From: Octopus vulgaris
Lineage: Eukaryota
Assembly: GCA_951406725.2 (NCBI GenBank)
Contig: OX597817.1
Coordinates: 145,328,001 to 145,392,000 of the forward strand
Length of the DNA: 64,000 nt
Direction of reading: 5' to 3'
Part shown: positions 51,443 through 64,000 of the stretch, in pieces
How positions within the stretch are numbered: the stretch's first letter is position 1
Layout: each line of letters opens with the position of its first letter
Notes under the pieces: generated by a model
The model's database searches: none
The model's input: the letters and a program-made list of their open reading frames with translations, nothing else
What the model was told of the DNA's origin: nothing
Position numbers and translations under genes: made by a program

Positions 51443-52145
51443 AATCAAAATAGATGAACATCAATGGAATTTGTATCTTTGTGGTACCAGTGCCGGTGGC
51501 ACACAAGAAAACCATCCGAACGTGGCCATAGCCAGTACCGCATCGACTGGCCTCCATGCTGAGGGCACATAACAAACACCATCCGATCGTGGCTGTTCGC
51601 CAGCCTCATCTGGCACCTGTGTCGGTGGCACATAAAAACACCATCCGAGCGTGGCCGTCTGCCAGCCTCGTCTGGCACCTGTGTCGGTGGCACATAAAAG
51701 ACACCATCCGAGCGTGGCCGTTCACCAGCCTCATCTGGCACCTGTGTCGGTGGGACATAAAATCACCCACTACACTCTCGGAGTGGTTGGCGTTAGGAAG
51801 GGCATCCAGCTGTAGAAACACTGCCAGATCTGACTGGCCTGGTGCAGCCTTCGGGCTCCCCAGACCCCAGTTGAACCGTCCAACCCATGCTAGCATGGAA
51901 AACGGACGCTAAATGATGATGATGATGATGATGATATATATACATCGCTAAATCCAGAAGTTTTTATTCTTTCTCTGTTTATTTTCCCATTCTTTTCTCT
52001 TGAAGAGCATAGACTCGAAATATAAAAGACTTTTTCACTTTCTTGAGCATCAAACTAATACACCTGCTTGTTGTTCAAACATTTGTCTTCATCTTTTGTT
52101 TTTCTGTAAATTTCAACTAAATATATATATGTGTATGTATGTATG

Positions 52146-52176
<31 letters not shown>

Positions 52177-52410
52177 AAGTATGTATGTATGTATATACAT
52201 ATATAAATATATATAAGATGAGAATATATCAGGAAAAAGAGAAAAGTGTGTCAAGTCAGATGGTTGGAGAATAAAGGTAACTAGCTACTTTAGAGATATT
52301 GATGCTGAGAAAACTGTGTAAAAGACAGAGAGAAGAAACATTGCACTTATTAAGCTTATGGATAATCTGTATCTCATATCTTAATTTTAACACGGGCTGG
52401 AAGCATTTTG

Positions 52411-52457
52411 TTAATCACCATATACAACTTTCGGAACTGTCTCACCGTCACCATGAT
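52411..52457 (-). CDS. Candidate terminal exon of the same membrane-protein gene ((N)HGDGETVPKVVYGD*)
   Basis: ttgtcttacag| acceptor; phase 1 matches the donor at 58032; ends in TAA. Confidence 0.35.
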
Positions 52458-52735
52458 CTGTAAGACAATATTTTATTGTAAGTTTAATGGAATGAATAAA
52501 TAACCAAATAGATAAATTAATAATGTTTTCAAATTTTGGCATCAAGCCCCCAATTCTAAAGAGAAGGTTAGTCAATTACATTGAGTCCAGTGTTCAACTG
52601 GTACATATTTTATTGATGCTGAAAGGATGAAACACAAAGTCAACCTTGGCAGAATTTTCAATAAAAGGCTAGAGGAAATGCTACCCAGCATTTGTCTGAC
52701 ATACTAACAATTCTTCCAGCTCACCACTTTTAATT

Positions 52736-52810
<75 letters not shown>

Positions 52811-55170
52811 GACAAAAAGGATGTGCTTGTTAATTGACATGAGTATTCCTTGCGATCACAATATAGCGGCGAAAGAATTCGACCAGATTAGTAAATATAA
52901 GGACTTGCTAATGGAAATTGAAAAAATGTGGCATCTCAGGGCTACTACAGTACCAGTGATTGTGGGATCTCTAGGAATGATAAAAAAAGGTACTGAAACC
53001 TATTTGAAAATGACACCAGGCTTACCATCCCTACAGGAAGTGCAAAAAATCGTGTTGACTGGAAAGGCTCATGTACTGAGAAGAGCATTATCGCTGTGAA
53101 AACAGCATCCATTCATGAATTTATTTATTCATTAATTTTTTAAATACACATTTTACCTGTGAATTTGCGTGTGTAATCTGGGAATGCGTACAATGAGCTT
53201 CTTTACCCTAGGTGTACGGAAAACACTTGGCAAGAAAAGGAAGAAAATTTGAAGAAAGAAGGAAAATAATAATAATAATAATAACAACAATGATAAAAGA
53301 GTAGACCACCACAAGTCTTAACTGAAAGATTGCCATCTGACCAAAACACACAAAGGCCTGAAAAAATAAGAAATTCTAATGAACCTGATAAAAGATAGCC
53401 AGGAAAGTGAGAGAGCAAAATATTTGAAGAACACAGAGAGTTTATGATGGAAATGAAGCAGAAAATTCTGAATCCGCTAAGAATCATAAGACATACAAGT
53501 ATGAATGATAGAGAAACACTTCATAAACTCTGAAATACCAATCAAAATTTTTTTTAAATGTAACAAAAGAAATCATACAAGAATTAAAAGCTGATCTTTC
53601 TGAATTAAATGAAATTATTTACACATCTGCTAAAGCAATTGAAACCAGTTGTATTTATCCAAAAGAAACAAAGAAAGCAAACCTGGGAAGAAATCCAAAC
53701 TGGAGAGGTAAAATTGAACAAGAGATTGAAATAATGAGAGGGGGGATATCAATATTAAATTAACAAATCTGTGAAATTGATGCAAAATCCAAGAAAGGAA
53801 GAAAGATGAAGAGAAAATATGGATTTACACCAAGGGAAGAGCTAATATCAATAAATGATACCCTGAAACAAATATTCCAAGCAAAAGCTCAAAGGACACA
53901 AATGTCTGAGAAGGGAAACAAATTTTATAAGCAAAATAAAATGTTCACATCTGATACAAAAATAAGCCATCTGTTTTATATGAATGACTTAAAACTCTAT
54001 GGCAAAGACAATAACGTGCTTCAAGGCTTATCACTGTGAAAGCATTCAGTGATGATATTAGGATGAAGTTTGATCTTGGTAAGTGTGCAAAGTACACTTT
54101 CCAGAAAGGGAAATTGAAGACCACAAATTCAGTTGTTAGATGTTGATACAATTGACCAAGAAACGTTAGCACACCGAGCAAAATGCTTAATGGTATTTCA
54201 TCTGCTGCTAAGTTGTGAGTTCAAATTCCACTGAGGTCAACTTTGCCTTTCATTTAATTATTTCGGGGTCAATTAAATAAGTACCAGTTACGCATTGGGG
54301 TCAATGTAATCAGCTTAAACCCATTGTCTGTCCTTGTTAGTTCCCTCTATGTTTAGCTCCCTGTGGGCAATAAAGAGATTAACAATTGAGCATGAACAAA
54401 CCTACAAATACCTACAAATAAATAAAGGTTCTGGTGTTAAGCATGCAAGCATGAAAGAGAAGATCAGGAATGAATGTTTTAGGAGAGTTCAAGCAGTCCT
54501 GGAATCTGAGCTAAATACACATAACAAGGTGTTAGCCATAAATTCTTTAGCAAATCCAGTTGTTACTTATAGCTACAATGTGTTGAACTCAAATATTAAT
54601 GAAGTAAAGAAAATTGACAGAAAAACATACAAGCTACTGAGTTGTAATAATATGTGCCACCCAAAGGCATTTGTGAATTGTCTTTACCTTCCCAGAGCCC
54701 ATAGAAGTCGAGGCTTGATCCAATTTGAACTCTCCTACGAAACCACCACAATGAGACTGGCCAGATATCTTGAAACAACAAATGACTGAATGCTAAAGCA
54801 CATTGAATATCATGAGAGGCATAAGAAGCTTCAAGAAATGTGCTCTTGATCTCATACATGATACCCAGGCTGAACAACCTGAGGGAAGTGTGGCAACTGT
54901 TGTTGCAAAGAATGTGAAATTAATGGTAAAGAAAAAAATGCATGAGCAATCTTTCTAGTTAGGGCTAAAGGCTGAGAACAAAGGCTACATCTTAGCTGTT
55001 CAAGATCAAAACTTATTGACCCAGCACTACCAATTCAATGTGATGAAAAATAGAGTAAATCCAAAATGCCAATTCTTCAATGATATGATAGAAACCTTAC
55101 TGCTGGATGCAAAGTCTTAACACCTGTGGAGTATAAATCAAGACATCATAGAGTTGGTTACCATTTACAC
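52811..55170 (+). mobile_element. Cluster of R4/Dong-type LINE fragments with a nested SINE
   Basis: CLLIDMSIP..KYKDL (52821-53099) directly after (AAT)n; HLFYMNDLKLY and NKVLAINSLA motifs further on. Confidence 0.8.
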
Positions 55171-55219
55171 CGATCTTTTTCAGCTATGTTGATAGTTGTG
55201 TGCTGATATTGCAAGTGCA

Positions 55220-56332
55220 TTAATTACTATTGGTATCACGTCTACTCTCCTCATTGACCACAACCTTCATATTTCCCACTTCAATTGTCATAGTTGTTTA
55301 TTTTCTCTTCTTTCACATTAATCCTGTTGTCACCAGGGCATGCTATGTCGATTATTATAAATGTTTTTTCTTTTTTATTCACCACAACAATGTCTGGTTT
55401 CCAATATCTTGTTGGGCGATCACACTGGATCATTATATCCCACAGGATTTTGCAATTCTCATTTTTGGTTACACCTTCTAGAGTTTGCTCATACTACATC
55501 TTTGCACTTTGTAGGCTGTGATTTCCAGAGCTCCTAATGGCTCATTCTTGCCACATTGTTGTAGCACAACACCAACCTCAGTCTTAAGAAATACTCCATT
55601 CTCAGTTGCTATTTCATTTCCTTTTCCATTATCTCATTGAACTCTAGTACACCAAGGTATTTCTATCCTTCCGTTTCAATTTATTTAATCAAGTCTCTAT
55701 TTGGTAATTCTATTCCTGCTAGGAACTGTACCTTGCCTCTTTTTAGGTAGATTATTCTGCACTTCTTGAGTCCAAATTCCATTCTAATATTAGTACTAAA
55801 ACAGTGGACCATGTTCACCAAGGAACTCACTTGTGTCTCATCTTTGCCATACAGTTTGAAATCATCCATGAAGAGGAGGTGGTTGATGGTTTGGGATTTT
55901 CCCTTTAGTTGGTACTCCAGGTTCCTTTTTGTAAGTACCAAGGTCAGGGGTATCATACAGAGAACTAAAAGTAGTGAGAATAGGCTATCATCCTGGAAAA
56001 TCCCTCTTCTGATACCCAGGGTGCCCAAGCTTCTTCCATAAGATATCAGTTCAGTTTTCCATCCCACCATACTTCTCTTCAAGAACCATTTTACATTCCT
56101 CACAATTCCAAACGGATCTAGGCACGGATGTGGAATCATATCATAAGCTTTGTGATAGTTAATCCAGGCTTCTCCTTCATTTACAATCATGCATTACCAT
56201 TTTGTCTATCAAAAGTTGATCTTTGGTACCTCTGCATCTCCTTCTACAGCCTTTTTGTTCTGTTGATAATATATCATTCTCATCAAGAAATTTATACAGT
56301 TCTTCTGCAATTCCTCCAGGCAGTAACTTCCA
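55220..56332 (-). mobile_element. R4/Dong-type LINE RT/RLE fragment
   Basis: [44 protein letters not shown]; its 5' end abuts a TAT/AAT tract. Confidence 0.85.
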
Positions 56333-57212
56333 TATTATTATTATTATTATTACTGAGTGAGAGAGCAGTGCATGCCACCAAAGTGACACTGGGGTAAAAT
56401 ATACAAAGCCCATCATGACTACCCTTCTGATAAGGGTACACCAGGCAGAGGCATCACAACCATATGTGTGTGACATGGTGATCTCATATCAAGATAAACA
56501 GCACATGATCTTGTAGATGGGGCCCAGTTAGAATTTTCTTCAAGTTAATAGGCCCATCCCACTCAAAAGGTCCCTGAATAAGGATTGTTTAAGGATGATG
56601 AACAAAGCAACCGTGTTTCCAAACATGAATTATTCAAACCCCAAGGAATTCCTCTCAACACATGGCTACGATGCTCCCCCACTACTTCTGCTCATGATCA
56701 GAGATGCACATATCATCAGCCACCAAAGGACATGGTCAACTGGTTAAGGTCAAGCAACTGACAGGCAAATCTGTGGTATTGAGCAGAATATTTGCTGTAG
56801 CCCACCTTTTATATCAAGACAAAACAATGTACATGATAACACTTCCAATCAGTTAAGATCAGAAGCCATGAGAGCCACTGCCTGGTACTGTGTCAGGGCA
56901 TTTATTATTGTTGTTGTTGTTGCTGTTGTCGTTGTCATTATCATCATCATTATTCTTTTTAATTCAGGTCTCCAAATCTACAATTCCCTGCAGTTTGTGC
57001 TCATCGTATGTCTTGCATCACTCTAAACCCCACTTTTCACAGTTTCAACGTAACACTTTTGCCCCCTAACTGTTTCACCATAATTTGTTTTGGGCAAGTC
57101 TACAGTATTTGTTGATGATATAGGGAATGGTTTCATCCACTCTTTTACTGATGCATCACAGTAACAGACACTTGCTCACACCTAAGGTTGATCCACTAAT
57201 TCGTAGCCAAAA

Positions 57213-57328
57213 GTGGTTGTAGTAGTAGCAGCAGCAGCAGCAGTAGTAGTAGTAGCAGCAGCAGTAGTAGTTGTAGTAGTAGTTTTTGTAGTAGTAGTGG
57301 CAGCAGCAGTAGTTGTAGTAGTAGTAAT

Positions 57329-57360
<32 letters not shown>

Positions 57361-57733
57361 TAGCAGCAGCAGCAGCAGTAGTTGTAGTAGTAGTAGCAGC
57401 AGCAGCAGGAGTAGTAGTAGTAGTAGTAGTAGTAGCAGCAGGAGTAGTAGTAGTAGTAGCAGCAGGAGTAGTAGTAGTAGTAGTAGTTGCAGCAGCAGCA
57501 GCAGTAGTAGTAGCAGCAGCAGCAACTGTAGTAGTAGTAGTAGCAGCAGCAGCCGTAGTAGTAGTAGTAGTAGCAGCAGCAGCAGCAGTAGTAGTAGTAG
57601 CAACAGCAGCAGTAGTAGTAGTAGCAGCAGCAGTAGTTGTAACAGTAGTAGTAGCAGCAGTAGCTGTAGTAGTAGTAGTAGCAGCAGCAGCAGTAGTAGT
57701 AGTAGTAGCAGCAGCAGCAGCAGCAGCAGTAGC

Positions 57734-57791
<58 letters not shown>

Positions 57792-57870
57792 ATTGCAGCA
57801 GCAGCAGCAGCAGTAGTAGTTGTAGTAGAAGTAGCAGCAGTAGTTGTAGTAGTAGTAGTAGCCGTTGTAG
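57213..57870. repeat. Compound (GTA)n/(GCA)n trinucleotide tract, about 650 bp
   Basis: Alternating GTA and GCA runs in one register. Confidence 0.95.
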
Positions 57871-58032
57871 GAAGAAGGATAAGAGACAATAATAAAAAAA
57901 AAAATCAGGAAAAGGAAAGAGAAGTTAGTAAGTTCAAAAGGGTTAAAGGTGAAGAAAATACGGATTAAAAAATTAAGATTTTAAATATTAAAAGAGAGGG
58001 AAGGAAAAAAGAAGAGAGGAAAACTATCTTAC

Positions 58033-58285
58033 TTCTCGTTTTTGATATCATAAGTCCTCCAATGACAATAAGAACAATCACAAGGAAGAACCCTGCTACA
58101 GCCAAAATAACTCCAGTATCAATAGTTGAAGATTTGGGTTCTTTCTGGATTGTTCTGTTATTGCAGCAATTAACATTTTCAGAACACTCAAGTTTCAATT
58201 CAGATATTTCCTCTCCATCATGATTATAAAGCTTCATTTTAGTTTTAACAAGGGTAAAACCATTTTCTTTGCCAAATGAACCAAT
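58033..58285 (-). CDS. Internal exon of an unidentified single-pass membrane protein
   Basis: ctttacgtttcag| acceptor, A|gtaaga donor; encodes a Cys cluster, then the hydrophobic GVILAVAGFFLVIVLIVIGGLMI followed by basic SKTR. Confidence 0.7.
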
Positions 58286-58918
58286 CTGAAACGTAAAGAA
58301 GTTTACCGCAGAATAAGTTAAAAATAATGTAAACTTGAAATTTGTATTCAATTTAATTGTTAATTAAGAGAAAATATATAGTACACATGTAAACGAAGAA
58401 ATGTACACTCTTTTACCCTTTTACTTGTTGCAGTCATTTGACTGTGGTCATGCTGGAGCACTGCCTTTTAGTCAAGCAAATTGACCTCAGAACTTATTCT
58501 TTGTAAGCCTAGTACTTATTCTATTGTCTCTTTTGCCGAACCGCTAAGTTATGGGGACTTAAACACACCAGCATCAGTTGTCAAGCGATGTTAAGGGGTG
58601 GGGGACAAACACAGACACACAAACATATACACACACACATACATATATGTATACATATATATGATGGGTTTCTTTCAGTTTCCGTCTATCGAATCCACTC
58701 ACAAGGCTTTGATTGGCCTGAGGCTATAGTAAAAGACACTTGCCCAAGGTGCCACGCAGTGGGACTGAACCCGGAACCATATCATTCTTAAGCAAGCTAC
58801 TTACCACACAGCCACCACATCCATGAAAAGGAGCAAAGGGAAATAAAGTCACAGAATTCTATCATGTTGGTGGAGTTTTGAGAAAAATGAATTAATGATA
58901 CATTATAAGCCAGATGCA

Positions 58919-59012
<94 letters not shown>

Positions 59013-59013
<1 letters not shown>

Positions 59014-59420
59014 GAATAGGAAGCCGGACATAGTCTTAATTGAGAAAGAAAACAAACTATGCTGGATCTAGGATGTAGCATGCCCAGCTGACAACAAGGT
59101 GTGTGATAAGGAAGAAAGAAAAGTCGAGAGATATGGCAGGTTAGCTTGGGAAGTTAAGCAGTTGTGGTCGATGAAAAACGTAGCAGTAGTACCGATAATT
59201 GTTAGGAGCCCTGGGAACAGTGAGCAAAATTCTCGAGAAGTACGTGGAACAAATAGGGGCTACAATAAGAGTGGAGCACTTGCAGAAAACAACACTGCTT
59301 GGAATCACTCGAATACTCTGGAAGGCACTCGAAAAATAAGAGGTGTTACCTTAGTTCACTGGTAGTGAACTGCTGACACTGTAGCACATCTCCAGCGTTA
59401 GAAGCTGTGCAAAGGCAATA
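59013..59420 (+). mobile_element. R4/Dong-type LINE 3' end after (AAT)n
   Basis: NRKPDIVL..LD, K.ERY..L..E..VVPII. Confidence 0.75.
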
Positions 59421-59997
59421 ATGTATGTATGTGCCCTTTTCAAGCCTAGCCAGGCTAATGGGCCTGGTTTCCCTGTTTCTGTGGCGTATGTGTTCCCCTC
59501 AGCTGGACGGGACGCCAGTCCATCACAGTGTTACTCAAGAAACAGGAAGAAAGAGTGAGAGAAAGTTGGGGCGAAAGAGTACAACAGAGGTCGCCACTAC
59601 CCCCTACGAGAGCCTCGGGGAGCTTCAGGTGTTTTCGCTCAATAAACACACACAACGACCTGTCTGGGAATCGAAATCGCGATCCTCTGACTGCAAGTCT
59701 GCTGCCCTAACCACAGGGCCATTGCAAAAAATAAATCCTGCCTTTTTTAGCCTAGCCAGGCTCATGGACTCAGTTTCTCGGTTTCAATGGTGTATGTGTT
59801 CCCCAGCTGGATGGGATGCCAGTCCATTGCAGCATTACTCATTTTTGCCAGCTGACTGGAGCAACATGAACTGAAGTGTTTTGCTCAAGAACACAATGCA
59901 TCACCCGGTTCTGGAATCGAAACCACAATCTTATGATCATGATGCTGACACTCTAACCACTAAGCCATGCGCCTCCACAAAGGCAATAATAATAATG

Positions 59998-60047
<50 letters not shown>

Positions 60048-60407
60048 TATAATAGTGTCAAATTTTGGCACAAGGCCAGCAAGTTCAGCGATGCGGGCTA
60101 AGTCAGTTACATCAACCACAGTGTTTCACTGGTTCCTATTTTATTGACCCTGAATGGATGAAAGGCCAAGTAAACCTCAACAGAATTTGAATACAGAATG
60201 TAAAGGTGGACGAAATGTGGCTAAGCACCTTGCCCAGTGTGCCACCCTAATGACAATAACAGTTTCAAATTTTAGCACAAGGGATTTTAAACTCAGAAAT
60301 TTAAGATGCATAAAATATCGCTAAAAATTTTCCCCAGGATGCTAACAATTCCGCCAGTTCACCACCTTAATATTCATAATGATAATAATAATAATAATAA
60401 TAATAAT

Positions 60408-63218
60408 AGTTCGAAGGTCGTGCTTCACCAACTCGTCCCAGGTTTTCCTGGGTCTCCCTCTTCCACAGGTTCCCTCAACTGCTAGGGTGTGGCACTTTTT
60501 CACACAACAATCTTCATCCATTCTCGCCACATGACCATACCAGCACAAACGTCTCTCTTGCACACCACAACTGATGCTTCTTAGGTACAGATTTTCTCTC
60601 AAGGTACTTACACTCTGTCGAGTATGAACACTGACATTACACATCCATCGGAGCATACTGGCTTCATTTCTTGCAAGCTTACGCATATCCTCAGCAGTCA
60701 CGGCCCATGTTTCACTGCCATGTAGCATGGCTGTTCGTACACACGCGTCATACAGTCTGTCTTTTACTCTGAGCAAGAGGCCTTTTTCACAAGCAGAGGT
60801 AAGAGCTCTCTGAACTTTGCCCAAGCTATTCTTACTCTAGCAGTTACACTTTCAGCACACCCACCCCCGCTACTGACTTGGTCACCTATGTAACGGAAGC
60901 TATCAACTATTTCTAGTTTTTCTCCCTGGAATGTGGCAGAAGTTGGTCTCAGAGCATTTTCAGTGTTTATTGCTCCTGAGCATCTGCCACATACAAAAAC
61001 TATCTTCTTAGTTAGCCTTCCTTTGACATTGCTGCACCTCTTATGTGTCCATAGCTTATACTTGGTGCATCTTATAGAGTTTCTACCTACACCTTTTCTA
61101 CAGATCGAGCAGGGCCATCTACCTGAAGGCATTTGTGATTTGTCTACCTTCCTACTTATTAGGACTTTGGTTTTAGCTAGGTTGACTCTAAGGCCTTTCG
61201 ATTCTAATCCTTGCTTCCACACCTGAAACTTCTTCTCCAGTTCTGATAGTGACTCAGCAATTAGAGCAAGGTCATCAGCATAGAGGAGCTCCCAGGGGCA
61301 TCCTGTCTTGAATTCCTCTGTTATTGCCTGGAGGACTATGATAAATAGGAGGGGGCTGAGGACTGAGCCTTGGTGGACCCCTACATCTACCCAGAATTCT
61401 TCACTGTACACGTTGCCAACCCTCACCTTACTAGCAGTGTCCCTGTACATGGCTTGCACAGCTCTCACTAACCATTCATCTATCTCTAGTTTCCTCATTG
61501 ACCACCAGATAAGGGATCAGGGGACCCTGTCGAAGGCTTTCTCCATGTCAACAAAAGCCAGGTACAGGGGCTTATCTTTGGCTAAGTATTTCTCCTGCAG
61601 CTGCCTTACCAGGAATATAGCATCCGTGGTACTTTTCCCTGGCACGAACCCAAACTGCATCTCATCTAAACTAACTCTCTCTCTAATTAGTTGGGCTATA
61701 ACCCTCTCCGTAACCTTCATTACCTGATCCAACAGCTTGATACCTCTGTAATTATTTGTATCTAGGGCATCACCTTTACCTTTGTAGCAGTTGACTATTA
61801 TGCTGCTACATCAGTCATTGGGTACGACTCCTTTGTGTATCACCTGATTAACTATACGGGTGACTAGGCTATAGCCGACACTACCAGATATTTTGAGCAT
61901 CTCTGCAGTGATTCCTGATGGGCCTGGGGCTTTTCCGGTCTTCATGCTTCTAATTGCCTTAACTACCAAGGAACTGTCAACTCAGATAGCTGGTCCCTCT
62001 GTTAGGTCGACATTCAGCAGACTCTCTTTATCCCATTCATTTTCTTTATTCAGCAACCTTTTATAATGGCGTCTCCAAACCTCTCTCTTTGCATCCTCAT
62101 TTAGTGCGAGTGAACCATCTTCCATGCGAACACATTTCTCTCCTACCACATCACAATTCTCTCTCACACACTGTCTTGCAACATGAAACACCTCCAGTCT
62201 TTGGTCCTCACAGCACAGAACATTGGCAAATTTTTTCTTATCTGCTTCCCCTCTGGCTAGATAGACCTGTCTCCTAGCTTCCCTTTTGGCAATCTGATAC
62301 AATTCCCTGCTACCACCATTCTTCCAGTCCTTCCAAGCCTGTCTCTTTTCTCTAATAGCCCTGTCTACAACATTGTTCCACCACCACGTTACCTTGGGAC
62401 GAGAGGGGACTTTCCACCAGCCACAGATCTGGTCAGTGGCTCTCAGCAGGTTGTCCCTTGGAAACGTCCAGTTGCCTTCTACCCCATGTGATACTCTATC
62501 CCCTTCTGCTTCGTCAAAGGCTTCAAGTAACATGTCCCTAAATCTTTATCCATTCACAGGATCTTTAAGCTTCCAGATCCTTCTTCTCAATGTTGGTCGT
62601 CTTCTTGTTGTCCTCTTAGTCCTGATCCTAAAGTCACTAACTACCAGTCTATGTTGCGGGGTACATTCTTCGCCTGGGAAGGTTTTGGCATTTATAAGCA
62701 GCCATCTTTCCCTTTTCCTGGCAAGGATGTAGTCAATTTGGCTGGTATGTCAGCCCGATCGGTAGGTGACTAGGTGGCTGGTAGGTTTCCTGAAGTTAGT
62801 GTTGCAAACCATAAAATCATTTGCATCGCAGAACTCCAGCAGCCTGGTTCCCTCCTCGTTGCGGGAACCCTAGCCATAGCCTCCACGTACACCATGGAAG
62901 CCCCCAGCATGTCGTCCAATGTGACCATTGAAGTCACCAGCCTCAAAGAGAAGGTCTCTGTCGTTCGTCAACGAGGTAGTCTGCAGTAGAGTGTCATAGA
63001 ATCGGTCTTTCTGTCCATCGGGTAGCCCCGGCTGAGGAGCATAGGCCGATATAATGGTTGCTAATCCATGATGAAGCACTAATCTAATCTTAAGTATTCT
63101 GTCACATACTCTGATTACCTCAATTACTTTATCTACCCATTTCTTAGCGATAAGTATACCCATGCCACCAAGCACGTCAGTGTTCCCTGCCCAGAAAATC
63201 TTGTACCTGTGTTCTTTG
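60408..63218 (-). mobile_element. RTE-clade LINE (APE + RT with an inserted PHD-like Zn finger), disrupted
   Basis: AGDFNGH, QFGFVPGKST, DMEKAFD, GVHQGSVLSP, YADD, CSIC..C..WTHKRC..CGRC and GRGRPRKTW across several frames. Confidence 0.92.
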
Positions 63219-63236
63219 CTACATTGTGCAATAATG

Positions 63237-63275
<39 letters not shown>

Positions 63276-63277
<2 letters not shown>

Positions 63278-64000
63278 GCAGAGACAGAGGGATTTTTAAT
63301 TGCAGCACAAGACCAAAGCCTCCCCACCAGAAATTACCAAAAACATGTAATGAAAAGAAATATAACAAGTAACTGCAGAATATGTGGAGATGGACAAGAA
63401 ACAATATATCATATTATCTCTGGCTGCCCAGTCCTGGCTAAGAAGGAATATATTCACAGACATGACAGAGTTGGAACCTACATACACTGGAAGCTATGCC
63501 AACATTATGGAATAACAACAGAAAAAAGATGGTACAGGCACACACCAGAAAAGGTCACAGAAAACGAGAAAGCAACCATACTCTGGGATATGCCAATACA
63601 CACAGATAGAGAAATTAAGGCCAACAGACCAGATATAGTTGTCAGAGATCATGAAGGAAAAAAATGCTTTCTAATTGATGTATCAATACTGGCAGATGAC
63701 AACGTGTCTCTAAAAGAAATGGAGAAACTTTCAAAATACAATGACCTGGAAATGGAGGTAACCAGAATGTGGAATCTAAAAACAGAAACAATTCCTATCA
63801 TAGTAGGTGCATTAGGCATGATAAAAAAATATTCAGACAAATACATAACAAAAACACCAGGACTTACAAACACATATAACATACAGAAAATTGCACTATT
63901 AGGCACTGCACACATCCTACACAGAACACTTTCCATACAATAACTATCAGAGCATCACAACAAATCACAGCACATACCCAAGGCACACAGAGCTGCGCTC
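63276..64000 (+). mobile_element. R4/Dong-type RLE LINE, 5'-truncated, beginning at an (AAT)n tract
   Basis: AAQDQ, CRIC..ET..HI.SGC, RHD, RPDI..IDVS..K..KY; open to the stop at 63943. Confidence 0.9.

Noticed and set aside
56960-57181. Possible exon of the membrane-protein gene
   Set aside because: Weak acceptor and early stops in the frames read from it.
57182-57889. Thr/Ala-rich mucin-like ORF (and the poly-Val/poly-Leu frames)
   Set aside because: Pure trinucleotide repeat with a TTG start and no AG acceptor; it would fall on the cytoplasmic side of the TM exon.

Overview
AT-rich, repeat-dense eukaryotic DNA. The SINE families, (TA)n/(CAT)n/(AAT)n microsatellites and mollusc-type 5S copy are most consistent with an octopus (coleoid cephalopod); this is inferred, not tested. 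The main gene is a minus-strand NitFhit fusion (Nit1-type nitrilase plus Fhit HIT hydrolase). I assembled it by hand from 10 coding exons at 28845 to 3796, giving 443 aa from Met 28796 with consistent splice phases. Two of its introns are minor-spliceosome (U12) GT-AG introns, one in each fused domain. A candidate upstream first exon at 41702-41739 would add a mitochondrial-type presequence. Other content: a near-intact Gypsy LTR retrotransposon (42758-48108); a decayed 5S rRNA copy; CR1-, CRE-, RTE- and R4/Dong-type LINE fragments; many tRNA-derived SINEs; several MITEs; a perfect 140-bp fold-back; three minimal hammerhead-ribozyme motifs (49-51.3 kb); and the probable 3' exons of a second minus-strand single-pass membrane-protein gene. 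There is a 100-N gap at 40108-40207.
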